Shown: positions 1-13,413 of the stretch, one piece after another | Layout: each line of letters begins with the position of its first letter | Numbering within the stretch: the stretch's first letter is position 1 | Origin: Heteronotia binoei | Lineage: Eukaryota | Assembly (NCBI RefSeq): GCF_032191835.1 | Contig: NC_083223.1 | Span: 82,956,001 to 83,020,000, forward strand | DNA length: 64,000 bases | Direction of reading: 5' to 3' | Position numbers and translations under genes: made by a program | Notes under the pieces: generated by a model | Databases searched by the model: none | Told to the model about the DNA's origin: nothing | Seen by the model: the letters and a program-made list of their open reading frames with translations, nothing else

Positions 1-1077
1 TGGTGTCAGGCAGTGTGGCCTAATATGCAAATAAGTTCCTGCTCGGCTTTTTCTATAAAAACAGCCCTGGCTGTAGTCATGAGGGTTCCTTTATCCTAAG
101 AGTGGTGAATCAGCTGAAATTAAAGAAAGTGAACATATAGCTAGTCGTATCAGGGTTGGGGGTTTTTGCACCACCTTTACCGTTCCCCCCCCCCTTTCAC
201 TGTTGCACAATAATTAAAACCACTTGCTGTTTGGAGCACTTACAATAAACTTATCATTGTTATACTGCCTGGGTCTGCACCCCTCTTTGGACACAGATAA
301 AAGGTGCTTGCTGAGAAGGAAGACAGGGGTCAGATAGGTACTCTGGGCCTTCCCAGACAGATCCTTACCAGAGTGGTGGGCAGCCAGTAGAGGGTCCTCC
401 CTGATCCCCTGCTTCTGACAGTGTGCTACAGCTCATCTATCACCTCCCCACATCCCATTTACTATAGTCACGAAGACTTAAGAGAGAAAACTGATTCATA
501 TTAATAACTGTGACATGCTATAAAATCAACTACTGAACAGTCTGTTCCTGCTCCATGATGCTTCCACTTCAGAATTAACAGCCGATCTGAAACTCTTAAA
601 AAAAAAAAAACCAGAGCAACATACATAATAGAAAAGGAATTTTTTCTTTCTCTGCTGTTCTTACCTACAGTTCTTGAGTAGTTTAAATGTATCCCAGCTA
701 AGAATAAAAGAAAGAATTCAAGTGAAAGAGGACAGGCTATACTATGCTAGAGAAGATGACTTGTCACAAGCTGCCTGAACTCTCATGGCCTGAAATATAT
801 ATATTTGCTGGCCTAGGATCCATTAAAATTTTAGTAACTAAAATGTCTAGAGGAGCCTTGTTTCACTGGGGCACAAGTGGCTTGATCCATTTCTTTCTAG
901 CCTCGCTATACCATGGACATTCATGTATAATAACATGCTTCACAGTTTTTATGATCCCTACGCCACAACTGCAAATCTACTTGAAAATGGTATGTCTAAT
1001 ACCATGGCCTTCAGAAATCACAGACAGTAGCACATTTAATCTTGTGTAGGTAATTGCTCACCTGTACCTTGGAATTT

Positions 1078-1356
1078 AGGAGCCCTATGGTGCAGAGTGG
1101 TAAGCTGCAGTACTGCAGTCCAAGCTCTGCTCACAATACTAAGTTCAATCCCAGCAGAAGCCAAGTTCAGGTAGCCAGTTCAAGGCTGACTCAGCCTTCC
1201 ATTCTTCAAAGGTCAGTAAAATGAGTACTCAGCTTGCTGGAGTAAAGCACAGATGACTATGGAAGGTGATGGCCAACCACCCCACAACAAAAAGTCTGCC
1301 AAGAAAACATCATGATGTGACGTCACCCCATGGGTCAAGTAATGACTTGGTGCTTG
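1078..1356 (+). mobile_element. Sauria-type (Squam1) SINE
   Basis: tRNA-like head GGTGCAGAGTGGTAAGCTGCAGTAC...AAGTTCAATCCC and core GACTCAGCCTTCCATTCTTC...GGTCAGTAAAATGAGTAC. Confidence 0.75.
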
Positions 1357-1359
1357 TCA

Positions 1360-1571
1360 TATTTATCCATTTATATACTTCACTTATATAATGTCCCCAA
1401 TGGGGACATAAGAACATTCTTTCCCCTTCTCCATTTTATCCTTACAAGAAAACACTGTGAAGTAGGTTATGCGGAGAGCGTGTGATCAGCTGAAAGTTAC
1501 CCAGCATGTTCCCATGGCAGAGTGGGAATTTGAGAATGGGTCTCCCAGGTTCCCAGTCCAACACTCTGACC
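1360..1571 (-). mobile_element. Degenerate tRNA-derived SINE (Squam2-like); its head continues at 2206-2227 past the MITE
   Basis: Body CTGTGAAGTAGGT...CCCATGGCAGAGTGGGAATTTGA...TCTCCCAGG is shared with the other SINE copies in the window. Confidence 0.6.
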
Positions 1572-2205
1572 CAGTGGTGTCAAACTCATTTGTTATGGGG
1601 GCCAGATCTGACATAAATGAGATCTTGTTGGGCTGGGCCATGTGTGTCCTAAAATGTAACGCCAGGTAGCAAAGATATAAACTTTAGAAAGGACATGCAC
1701 AAACACAAAGATTTTTTAAAAAACTTAAAATAAGAATGTGTTTAAAAGATTAGCACTCTTGCAATATTTTATTTATTTAACAAGTTTCTGATAACTGACA
1801 CCTCTTGCTCTGAACAACTGCAAAAGAATCTGGAGGCAATGTCTTTGCTGTAGCAATCTTGAGTAGGTTGTTCAGGTGTGTGTTTATAAGTTGCAAACCT
1901 ACTTTTGATTTACTGACATTCATCACAGAAATCTCATGGTCAATACTTTGAGCCTAAGACCCAGGGGAAAACATGAAAAGGCTGAGCATTGCGAGCTTTT
2001 ATACATAAGCTGCTTCATGTGCTGGTCAGCCAATAGAGAAAACAGAGGCTTTACTCTGTAGCTCCTGTGCCTGGCAAAGCAAAGTGTGATGCAGAAAGAA
2101 GCAAGAGAGGGAGAAAGGAGTAGATGACAGTGAGTTGCTCATGTGCCTGATAGGAGCTCTCCGGCGGCCTGATCCATCCCTCGGGCCGCACATTTGACAC
2201 CCCTG
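1572..2205. mobile_element. hAT (Charlie-like) MITE nested in a SINE head
   Basis: TIRs CAGTGGTGTCAAAC / ATTTGACACCCCTG; TSD CTCTGACC/CTCTAACC. Confidence 0.8.
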
Positions 2206-2637
2206 CTCTAACCACTCCACCATGCTGGCACCTGCTGTTCAAAGGGAGATAGTGACAAAGATCCTTCTGAGAATGCCCGTGATACATGCATAAGATAGCT
2301 TTTTGGATACCAGCAAACCCATATAAAATAATACTGTATGACAATGTAAAATAATTATCTAACATTCAAGTTAGTTATATTCGTCATGAGATTGTAGGAG
2401 CATCTAGAAATAAATCTGCCATCTCAGAAAAGTAAAATCAGTTCTGTTTTCTGCCATCCACTGATGTCATTACAAAGAAAGCTCTCCAGACACAATGCAT
2501 CACTGCTCTTGTATAGTATGTCAAGCACAATACGTACTGCAGAAAGGTAAAAGAAGATCGTGGTAAGACTATATGTATCTTTATATTCCTTCCAGTTGTG
2601 CTGACTTCCACCTTATGGACAGAAAGTGCTGTCAAGT

Positions 2638-2830
2638 GACCGTCTACTTAGGCAACCCTGTAGGGTTTTCAAGGCAAGAGACATTCAGAGGTGATTTGCC
2701 ACTGCCTGTCTCCACACAGCAACCTTAGATTTCCTTTGTGGTTTCCCATCCAGGCACTAACCAAGATCAAACTTGCTTAGCTCCTGAAATCCAATGAGGC
2801 TGGGCTAGCCTGGGCCATCCAGGTCAGGGC
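2638..2830 (-). mobile_element. 5S rRNA-derived SINE with an RTE/Sauria-like tail
   Basis: Minus strand GGAGCTAAGCA...TGGTTAGTGCCTGGATGGGAAACC resembles 5S boxes A and C. It is followed by ...CACCTCTGAATGTCTCTTGCCTTGAAAACCCTACAGGGTTGCC. Confidence 0.72.
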
Positions 2831-5800
2831 TAGACAGGATCTAGAACTGCCCAGATTTGTGTGTCTTTCAAGTACAGTCTCAAATTCTTAACAGAAAGCA
2901 GAGAGCACAGTATCTTGTTCCCTTCATCTTAATCCCCACTGACGCATACCAATGCATTACAAAAGCTACATTTCTTATGTGATATGAGCTTTTAAAAAAA
3001 TAACTGCTGTGCATTCATATGAATATGAATAATATACAGTAAACATATAAGGAAGGCTAGGAGACCACACAGTACCAGCATGAGGTGGTATGAAATATAT
3101 TTGATGGCCCCAGGATCACAAGTCAAGAAATAGAACTGGTTCTCAAAAGAAAAAGAAAAAAGCTAGTTTTATGCAGCTTTACCATTTGGGAGGATGGGAA
3201 TTCCATTTTCCCTCTTTTCCTCACTTATACTTAAGAAGTTGCATGTCAATACTGCACATTTCCTGGTCACCAAGCTTTGTATTCTCCACAACAGCTACTG
3301 ACACTTGTAAAACTTGAACATTACATACAAGCGGGACCTCATTTATCACAATTTAATTGAAGTATTCCAAGGCATTACGACAAGATTATTATTCATAACA
3401 TTAAAAAGACAATTAGCATTTTAATGCACTGTATCTTTGCAATAATCAAATCAGCTTACATAGAACATTATGATATTAGTTATTCTATTTTCAAAATTTC
3501 TGATTTGCCTCAAAGAAATCTTATAGTAACAAGCTGGATACATAGAAATGACTTGATGTTGTTGAACTCCAAGGTCTTCATATGACAGGAAATCAGGAAT
3601 TATTTGCTAGTTCTGGCTCCTCCCTTATAAATAAGCTCTTACTCTGCAACAGTGGAATATGCAAACAAACTGAGAACCATTACAACAACGTAATAATTCC
3701 CTTTATTGTCATGAAGCAAGTCCACAACGAAAAGACTCTAGTTTTCCTAGACAGAAGCTGAAGGGGAGGGAAGACGAGACAGAAAGCTGAAGACAGAAGG
3801 GCAGATAAAGGTAGGTTGACTGTTGAGTAAAAAGGAGACAGGGGTTGCCAATGCCAGGTTGGGAATTCCAGGCCATTTGTGAAGTGAAGCCTGGGGAGTG
3901 ACTAACGGAGGGGAGAGACATAAGACCAATATAATGCCATAGGCTCCACCCTCCAAAGCAGCCAGAGGATGGGGTACTGCTGCATCCCTGGAGACAGGCT
4001 TGAGCTTTCATTCATTTAGTTAACGTCCAAATGCACTGATCAACTTCACCATAAAGTAAGCCAGACCTAAAGTAAAGGCCAGACACAAACCAAGCATTCA
4101 TATCAATAAATTCAGAGATGCTGGAAACTGCTTGACATTCTCACGGTTCAATTGTGATTTACGACATCTGACCCCCTGTCTGCTACACATGACATTGTGG
4201 ATACTACCTCATCAGGAAGACATTACAGCTGACAAAGAAAACCTGTAAACTTCAGGAGGGAAAGACAGGAGCCAGGCACAAAGGGATGCAGTAACAATGA
4301 AAAACCACAGAAATCAAGTGTATGAAACTATGCTGAATAAATATGGCTTGCATTGTAGCATTCCAGCATTATGCCTGAGAAAAATGCTACCTCATTCACT
4401 GTGTTTAATAATCTGTAAAATGTCTGTTTGATAAAATAATGCAAGAAACATAACTATGTGTTAAAGATTTACCAATAAATTAAAAGCACAAAGTTATCAA
4501 AATTTTACCTGCACAGATCACAAGCCAAATGAAAAATGAAAAGTGGTTGCAGAAAAAAGTAGGCTAAGCTTGCATTTGCTTTTAGATCCTAGTTACTAAA
4601 CTTGCTTTTCACAGGATAACTACCAGGCACACGTTATTAAAATGCAACAGCAATTTCCCAGAACTGCCTATTTATGCACAATGCCTTTTTGAAAACAATT
4701 TCCTCCAACTATGGAAAAAATAATCTTACAATAATTTCGGGAAATTACAAATGTGTTTCAAAAGCAAAATGATCTATATTGGCCTAAAACATCCAAGATA
4801 CTTAACAGTTTTTGGTCAGTATGAAATTCTCCAACCATAAAACGAAGCATTACCATTTCACTATTGCCATCTATTCCACAGACAAGTGAAATCCTTTTAA
4901 ATATTCTCAGTTGGGTTTTGTTCTTCGAGATATGGGTGTCTCATTACCTTCACCGCACTATCCCAGTCCGAACACTCAACTCCACTCATTAGAACAAACA
5001 TCTGCTACAAACATTATTAATGAGATACGTTATCTAGGGAGAGAAACAAGCCACTAACCACCTGGGCTAATTATACTTTTCATTACAAAAGCCAATAGCA
5101 GCAGCAAATATAGAACCCGCCTAGCCATATTGTGATAATTATCTTATTCATACAATTTCAATTTCGATAACCTAGGATAAGCCTTCCAAATTAGGAACAT
5201 TTGTAAAACCATACTTCCCTCGGCTATTCCTAACATATAATATTATATCCAGCATTAAGACTGCAAGAATAGTTTTTGTAATAGGAAAAAAACAGTTTGC
5301 CTTCTAGAGTTCTCTTTCATGAATATATTAGCATAAAAATATTTCAAAGACAGCAGCAGGTTAATAACAGTGATTCTGGAAAAATCATTATTGAAGGCAT
5401 TTCATTAAATGTTTAGAGGCAAAGTTTTAAAAGTTAAGTTATACAGACATTTGAAATATATTTTAGGATTTTCTTTCCCCAGAACTCCAAGCCAGAAAAT
5501 ATGAAGATTCATGCATCTTATGTATTATTAAAGATATTATTCCTGTGTGTGTGCATATAGGTGGCAAAGGAAATTTCTTCACAACTTTAAGGTTGTTACT
5601 GTATGTCAAGGGGCAGTAACAGGTCAGGGCAAAAGAAAACACACAAAACTGGGGAGTGAATCCCTACCACCCAGGGAAATGAGCTGCCACCAGCCTCTCT
5701 GGCTAATTCTTCAGCTAAAAAACTGAGGGACCAGGTCTCTAGCCCTACCAGCTGTTAATCAAGGATTCAGCCCTGTAAAGTAGAACTCTTTCAGGTTGCA

Positions 5801-6637
5801 AAAACTGTTACTAGGAGCTGCAGCCAAAACAGGCCATGGTATGGGGTTTAAACTGAAGGCGTAAAACCCAAGTAATATCAGAGAAGTATAATTAATAAAT
5901 AATATTAAAACAAATGTTCAAAAAGTTACAAACATATAAGCAGCACAAAAACAGAAAGAAAATTATGAAATCAGAATAACTAATTGAAGATACATATATA
6001 TAGGCTTTCCAAAAGCAGGTATTCCAGCCATGCCAGGACCAACCTCATAAAAAGGATGACCCAAAGGTATAAGCCAGAATGAATGATCTTTCTTTATGTC
6101 AGAGTACCCATAGTTAACCTGATCTCAGCCGACTAGGTGCGATACAATGCACTTCTGCAGCTAGTATTTGCCCACGGTCACACAAGCACTCACCCCCATC
6201 CAGGGTTTCTTCCCATAATAAGAGGAAATTTGAGTGCACAACTCCCACTCCCACTTGGTCTCAGCCTTGAACTCCCATAATCTCATTGGTACCTCTGTCC
6301 ATCTCAGCTCTTATCTCTCTCTGAACCCTGCTAGTTATCATGACCTTACTTCCTCAAGTTACAGACCTTCTGCAATCTACTAAAACCAAAAGCCTTAACC
6401 AAAAATTCTGAAAGGCCAAAAACCAGTTAGAGAAAGGTCACTTTCTTAACACCATATATGACAAAAAGGAGATCTATACTTCTGAGATTTTTATTATGAT
6501 GTTTCTAACTGAGCTACAAAATCCTTCCTCTCTCATACACACACACACTTCTTTACGACAAGAACAGATCAAGCAAGGAAGCCAGTGTGGCGCAGGTATG
6601 ACAGTACCGTCCACTATCCTCTGTCAGAGGTAATGTT

Positions 6638-7613
6638 TTCGACGGCGCACCATTGAAACCAGCGCGCCAGGTTAAGAGTTTGGGCGTTTTACTGGAGCCT
6701 TCATTATCAATGGAGGCCCAGATAGCAGCCATTGCCAAGTCAGCATTCTTCCACCTGAAGCGGGCGAGGCAGTTGGCCCCCTTCCTGGAGCGTCGCGACC
6801 TCGCAACAGTGATCCATGCAACGGTCACTTCAAGATTGGACTACTGTAATGCCCTCTACTTGGGGCTACCTCTGTGCCGGACCCTGAGGCTGCAGCTGGT
6901 GCAGAACGCGTCGGCCAGGCTACTATTGGGGCTCTCGAAATGGGAGCACATACGGCCGGGGCTGCACGGACTGCACTGGCTGCCAGTCACCTACTGAGTC
7001 CAGTACAAAGTGTTGGTTATTACCTTTAAAGCCCTATATGGCCGAGGACTAGCCTACCTAAGGGACCGTCTCTCCCCATATGAGCCCCAGAGGGCACTGA
7101 GGTCAGTGGGTAAAAATAAAATGACCATCCCTGGGCCGAGAGAGGTCAAACTCCAAAATACTAGAACACGGGCCTTTTCAGCCGCGGCTCCTGCACTGTG
7201 GAACCAGCTTCCGGAGGAAGTGCGGGCCCTGCGGAACCTTGACCAGTTCCGCAGGGCCTGCAAGACCGCCCTTTTCAGGCAAGCCTATAGTGATATCGAC
7301 TGCTGAGTTGCTAAGAACAAAGAACCGCCATCTATAATACGATCATGGAACTATTTAAACTGACAGAACCAGCGCCAGAACAGTTATTGCTGCCAGACAC
7401 ATTTAATGTGATTTGAATTATGTATTTTAACTTAACTAACTGGTTTGTATATGTTTAATTTTTTTTAATTGTTAAATTTAAAGTTTTATCAATTTATGTT
7501 AATGTAAGAATTGTTGTTAGCCGCCCTGAGCCGCCTAGGTGGGGAGGGCGGGATATAAATAAAATGTATTATTATTATTATATTATTATTATTATTGTTG
7601 TTGTTGTTGTTAT
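6638..7613 (+). mobile_element. 5'-truncated L2 LINE
   Basis: ORF pieces 6653-6997 and 7010-7306 are nearly identical to the C-terminus of the 51632 ORF, with a premature TGA at 6995. Same 3' terminal motif and a (TAT)/(TGT) tail. Confidence 0.9.
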
Positions 7614-10600
7614 TTTCCTCCCATTTTCCTTTACTTACTGACAAAGCAGCCCTAGTAATGTGTTTTCTTCTTTGCTAAAGAACTCTGGCTGTTCCACCCT
7701 ATCACAGCATAGCATTTTGGCTGCTGACTCAGCCCAGGGTCCTGAGGGAATGATCAGGAGCCCCCTTTAACTTAAAACTACTTAAATGGCACTCAAGGCT
7801 TTTTGAAAATCAAAAATAACAAAATATTTTATTTAACATAAGCAGGGTGGCCAAAGCACTGAGGATAAGATTTCTGAGAACTTTTAAATTCAATACATTT
7901 CAATGGTGAATTCTTGAGGTATTAAGAAGAGTACATACATATACACTATATGGGCATAGATTTATAACATTGGTCATTATTTTTGGTACTTAAAATTACA
8001 TTTTCTATCTCACATTGTCTGTTTCAGTCAGGAAATAAACTTGACTTGACTTGAGGAAAGGGGTCTTAGGCCTCCAGCAGCATAAAAGCAGTTTGCTCAT
8101 TCATGTCAAGTTATGTTCCTGGCAGATGATGTGCTATAGGCCTAGAAAATGGCTAGAATGGTATGTTCAAGATGGATTCCTTGATACAAAATAGAGTCTC
8201 TGCCAATATGGAGATGTGCCAGAGTAAGGATGGGGAAAGATTGTGGACATTACCCCAAAAGGTTTTAGTGACATTTGGTAGGGGAAGTCAAGATGACATT
8301 TGTCATCTAGTGTCGAAGTGAAAGGGACTTTTTGGTGTGATGAGTAATGGGTTTCAGAGCCAAAGAGTTGACCCCTCACACGGGATTGGCTAGATTGGGT
8401 GGTCCGACCCAATAAAAGGAAGGGGTAGGATAAAAGGAAGGGGTAGCAGACCAGTAATTTGGAACAAGCCTGACTGAGGTCTTGTCTCCCCACCTCATCT
8501 GTGAAGACATACATCAGGAAGGTGAGATGCTACCATGCTTTGGAAGAAATGAACTAAGTAAATTTTGCTTAAGCTTTGCTTTGCTAAAGACATTATGGGA
8601 CATTAGAATGATAGCTATGTATTCATTGTGACTGTTTCATGAAATTCCTGAATTGTGATTGGATTCTGATCTTAGAATTATGTATTAGGAAGTACTTCTG
8701 AATAAATGGCTATGTATTTAAGAGCTCTTGGGTCTGTTGTTTCTGTTTCTAAGGGGTATTCCCAGAGGTCCAATTAAAGATTCCCCTCTTGCAAATTTAG
8801 ACTAAAAGGCTTAACCACAATGGTTAACAACCCTGTCACTCAAGGCTTTCTCATTTCTGTGAAGAATTAACCCTTCACAGTCCCTCACCTGTTTGTATAG
8901 CACTTCTAAACTTTCAAAAGTGCAGTCCATCACAACAGGTTATCAGACTAGGACTGGAGAAGCCAAGGTCCAAACCTTCACTTAGCCAGGAAGATCACTG
9001 GGTGGTCAGTCACTTCCAAAAGGTCATTTTAAAGCTTAAATTTAGTATGAAAACTCAATTTACAATGCCACCCTGAGGTCCTTGGAGGAAGGTTGGAGTA
9101 AAAATGTAACAGAAGTGTTGGAACAAAAATGCCTATAAAACAACCACTCTGTCTATGTGTGATTTTGTGTTCAGTTGTTGGCCTAGTACAACAACATTCA
9201 GGTCCTCAACTGTGACAGAAAAGTGTACAAATGTCCCATTTTCAGCCTCTTCCAGCAGCTGGGGGTGGCCTGGGATATATCTTTATCAAATTTTAGCTGT
9301 CTGACTCAGAAGTATACTTCACGACCCTCTGATGAGTGCTTAATTTACAGACCTACCAGGATGTCTTGGATTAAGTGTATACCACATTTCAACCATGAAG
9401 TATTGCATTCTTAGTCTGCATATGCCTGTTAAAGATAACACTGTGCATTTTATAAAATATCCCCCACTATTCATAGTGGGCAGGACTAGCTTTCAGAACT
9501 AAAGAGGTGTGGCTTCATCTCCTGCAATGCTGTGAGCTGTGCATCAGATCCTCTGCAACAAAGGATCAACCATTTCATCTAAAACTGATCCAAATCCTCA
9601 TTACAAACTCTGAATAAATAGTATGAAACAGCTGTTATCCTGCAAACCTATATTTTTTCTTGTGGCTTTTTTCCAACTGAAGTCTCTAATAGGCATTATG
9701 TAAAGACAAAGTAATTTTGGTTATGTTTGCCAACCTGAAATCGAATGACTACGAGTTATTCACAAACAGTAACTCTTTTAAATCTCTATACAAAACCAGA
9801 AGATCCACTATGATTAAAAACATGGGGAGTGGGATCAAAATTATATCAATGCCTCCATTAAAAGTTGCAATAGTCTTAGGAAGAGAATGTCAACTGGTGA
9901 TGGGGAGATCCCAGTGTAATAGGCTGAAGGTTAACACAGACTACTGGGAAGCCCCAGGACAGGAGACCACCCAAGCTATTAGCTAATCTTTGGCCCAAAG
10001 ATAAGCAGTGCCATGATGTAGGCTGAATAGAGAGCAAGAAGCGTGACAGTTCTCCATGCCCACTGCAGGTCCAATTTGGCCACCTCATCATGGCTACTTC
10101 TTGGAACTAGAAGGAAGTGCCTTCCATAGTTTTTCTTTCATGTCTTGCTGCACATTCTAAAAGAGAAGAAAGAAGCACTCTGGAAGGCACTTCCTCCCCA
10201 TCCACAATGGTAAGCCAGGGCTCGGGGAAGGCAAGCAATCCAGGAATACACACAAAAAAATGCAAGAGAGACTCTAGAGGAATGGGAAAGGATTATTTTT
10301 TTTTCCACTGTGCCTTTTCCATCCCATCTATGATGCTTCATTCCCCATTTTCAGTACAAGAAAGATGGCTTCATATGGAGCATGACTCCTGGCATGTCTC
10401 TTGATAGGGGAGTGCTGAGCAGAAAACAAGGAAGGCAAGCTGGATGTTAAAGCATCTCCCCCCAGTTTTCTTGTGGTCCCTGTGCAGTTGATGCTGCCCT
10501 TACAGGCAACACTTACGACTGCTTCAGTAGTGCGGATGTGAAAGCGATCAGGCTGCAACTTCTGCTCCATGTGCGTCCCTCCTGAAGCTGCACACTCAGT

Positions 10601-12661
10601 GGGAGAGGACGACCATCCCAGAAAGTAGGAATGTACCATTCTTCAGTCAAGGGTATATGATATGATAGCTGCAGTCCCCTGCTAGAACCTCCAAACTTCA
10701 GCGGTACAAAGCAGTTTATTACCAGGTTTACAGGATGCCCCACCAATCATGGCTGGCTCCATCCATCACACTAAGCCACAGGCAGGTATCAACAGATTTC
10801 CCAAACCGAACTGGAAATCAAGGGGAATTTATTTCTGTCATCATGCTCATTCCTACATTCTACATCCAAACATCACCGAAAACTTCAAAATTATCTTATA
10901 TTGACGGTAGCTGAGTCACTTCAGGAAACAGGCTGCCAATCAACACCTATTGTAACTGCCTATGGTGGGCAGGGTTTCTCAGACAGGTGAAATGTGATTC
11001 TAGCTCATCTCAGTGGTGAAAGAAAGATACTAGAGGCTCATGATCTTAAAGCCTTTCAAAAGTTCTTTAGCAGATGTGTAGCTGCCACCCTTCCTTATCA
11101 AGGGTGGAGTGATCTCAAGCAGCACCACCTGTAACAACAGTGCTCCTTCCCATCACTACTTACTGTCTCCTTCTCAAAATCCCTTCAAATAAGAGTACTT
11201 TGTTCTCCATATTTCCCTACACTGAATCCACATGATTCAGCCTGCGGTTGTTTGAAAGGTGGGATATACATTTGATCTTCAGGGCAGCTTCATGTTTAGT
11301 GAAGCCCTTCAGCTCACGTTTAGTCCTGCATGCACGCTTTACTGCCTTTGGCAAACTAAATGAGAAACGGGCATGAAAAGCTTCAGAGGCTCTGAGAAAG
11401 AGAAGTAAAGTGTCAGAAGCTCTGTGGAGAGGTGCTTACACACCTGTTCCTCATTCAGCCTCCTGAAGCCAACAAAACAAAGTCACAGCAGCAAAACACT
11501 TCCTGTTTGAATTGCAACAAAGGAACCATTTCAACTCAAGAAATCAAAATAGGATGTTTGTGAAAGAGGCACACGAACACAAGTCATGAGTGATTGAGAG
11601 TCTAATGTAGGCAAGGGCTCTTTATGAATCCCTACACTTATATGATAATACACCAGTGAATCACCTTCAGAGTCAATGAGAACCAAAACATTCAGACCTT
11701 GAGTCTCAGAAGATGGCCATCAAGGGCTTAGAGAAGATTTCATATGTAATGTTTTGGGGCAAATGCAGGGAATCTGATTGCTAATCATATACAGAAATAA
11801 AGAAATAGCTACAACTCTGGAAGCCAGCCAAAAGTAGATACTTCATTCTCTTTGGTGCACATTTTAGTGGTATGCCAGTGCATGCTATAGAGTTGTACTT
11901 TACAGTTATTCAAATTATTCCAGAAAGAAAGCAGGAGATCCACTTGTTTATAGTGCAGTTGTGAAGATATATACTTTGCAACTTTAAGTACCATCATATT
12001 TGATTGTTCTGTGATTTTTCCCCTCCCTTTCAGAGTTGGTAGAAAACTGTTTTTGCTGCTGCATTCACTTGCAGCTGATAACTGATGTCATATCCAACGT
12101 GTATCTACACATGACAGGAGTACCTGTGGATGGCACTGCAATTTTAGTGCCTAACTGAAGAGATTTTTAAAAGCTGCAAGGGCCCAATCCACAATGCAGC
12201 AGGATCAGGCACTCTTGTTCCTCCTCCCTCCATCTTTTCAAGTGCTGAACAGCTGCAGCAGGTTGGGAAGTTAAAAAGGCATGGGGAGGGGAACACCTAG
12301 TCTTGATGTACTAAAGACCCAATCAGGATTTAACCCTCATGGCTTTTTAAACTCTCCTCTGCTAGGCATTAAAATGGCAGCAGCATCCCCAAGTTCAACC
12401 TGGGGACACAGACACATCTAATTGTGCCCTGAGTTTCAAAAGAAAGAACAATGCTTCTCATTGCTTCTGAGTGCCTCAGAAATCCAACACAAGTTCAGCC
12501 ATAAGATCCTCCCCTTCTCTCCAGGTTCCAAGGCTCTTATCTCAAACATTGCCCCAAGCTTTGGAGGCAGCTGGAAACAGCAAGACCTCAGCAGCCTAGT
12601 GCGACTGATTTCCAAGTATCTCTTACACTGCTGTATGACAAGCATTTTCCCACTATTTCAC

Positions 12662-12669
12662 ATAATAAT

Positions 12670-12730
<61 letters not shown>

Positions 12731-12771
12731 TTTTATTTATACCCCGCCCTCCCCGCCTAGGCAGGCTCATG
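12662..12771 (-). repeat. L2-type 3' terminus with a (GAT)n microsatellite tail; (ATC)n on the plus strand
   Basis: (ATC) repeats followed by TTTTATTTATACCCCGCCCTCCCCGCCTAGGCAGGCTCA, the reverse complement of the L2 end. Confidence 0.8.
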
Positions 12772-13274
12772 GTGTATCCTGGTTTTACAGATATAAATGG
12801 AACCAGTATCTCAGTTCTTATGACTTAAGTGATTGCTATTCTGGATCACTAATATATAGTCTAAAAAGGTCCATAATTACAAAACACATGTGCATTATTG
12901 GGGGATAGTGAAAAATTAATTCCTATCCAAATTTTCTGAGAACCATAGTGTGTGATACAAATTACTGAATGGTCATAAGATCGTACTGTGAGAACCAGCA
13001 CATCTATTCCTTCCTGGGATAAACAGGTTTCCTACCTGTAACTGATGATCTTCGAGTGGTCATCTGTGCAGTCACACTTGTGGGATTAGGCGCCTGCGCC
13101 GATCTCGATCGGTAAACTTCAAAGCTGTGGATTTCCGCGGGCCGACCCAGCGCGCATGCCCAGGCGCCCCACCGCGCATGCCCACAGGGACGGCCGCGGA
13201 CATCCCGCCAGTTCCTTCTGGCCGCCGCGTCAGCCCCATGGCGGGACCGGCTGCAGCGGGGAAGGTGGGCGGGT

Positions 13275-13368
13275 AGTGTGACTGCACAGATGACCACTCG
13301 AAGATCATCAGTTACAGGTAGGAAACCTGTTTATCTTCTTCGTGGTCTCTGTGCATCACACTTGTGGG
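13275..13368. repeat. DIRS-A internal complementary region (ICR)
   Basis: agtgtgactgcacag...ggaaacctgttt is the reverse complement of 13021-13078. It is joined to atcttcttcgtggtctctgtgcatcacacttgtggg, the reverse complement of 18851-18886. Confidence 0.92.
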
Positions 13369-13413
13369 AGATTAGCAAGCTCAAGCCTACCTGGTGGAGG
13401 GGCAGCCGGTCCG

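Noticed and set aside
2740-2830. 5S rRNA gene
   Set aside because: It is partial, diverged and fused to a retroposon tail.
3300-3500. AT-rich stretch that might be a conserved non-coding element
   Set aside because: Conservation cannot be judged without alignments.
8164-8840. Possible solo LTR containing a 17-bp tandem duplication (ATAAAAGGAAGGGGTAG x2)
   Set aside because: TG...CA ends can be drawn but no TSD was found, so support is insufficient.
12422-12760. ORF with a poly-Ile run
   Set aside because: It is a translation of the (ATC)n microsatellite tail of an L2 end.
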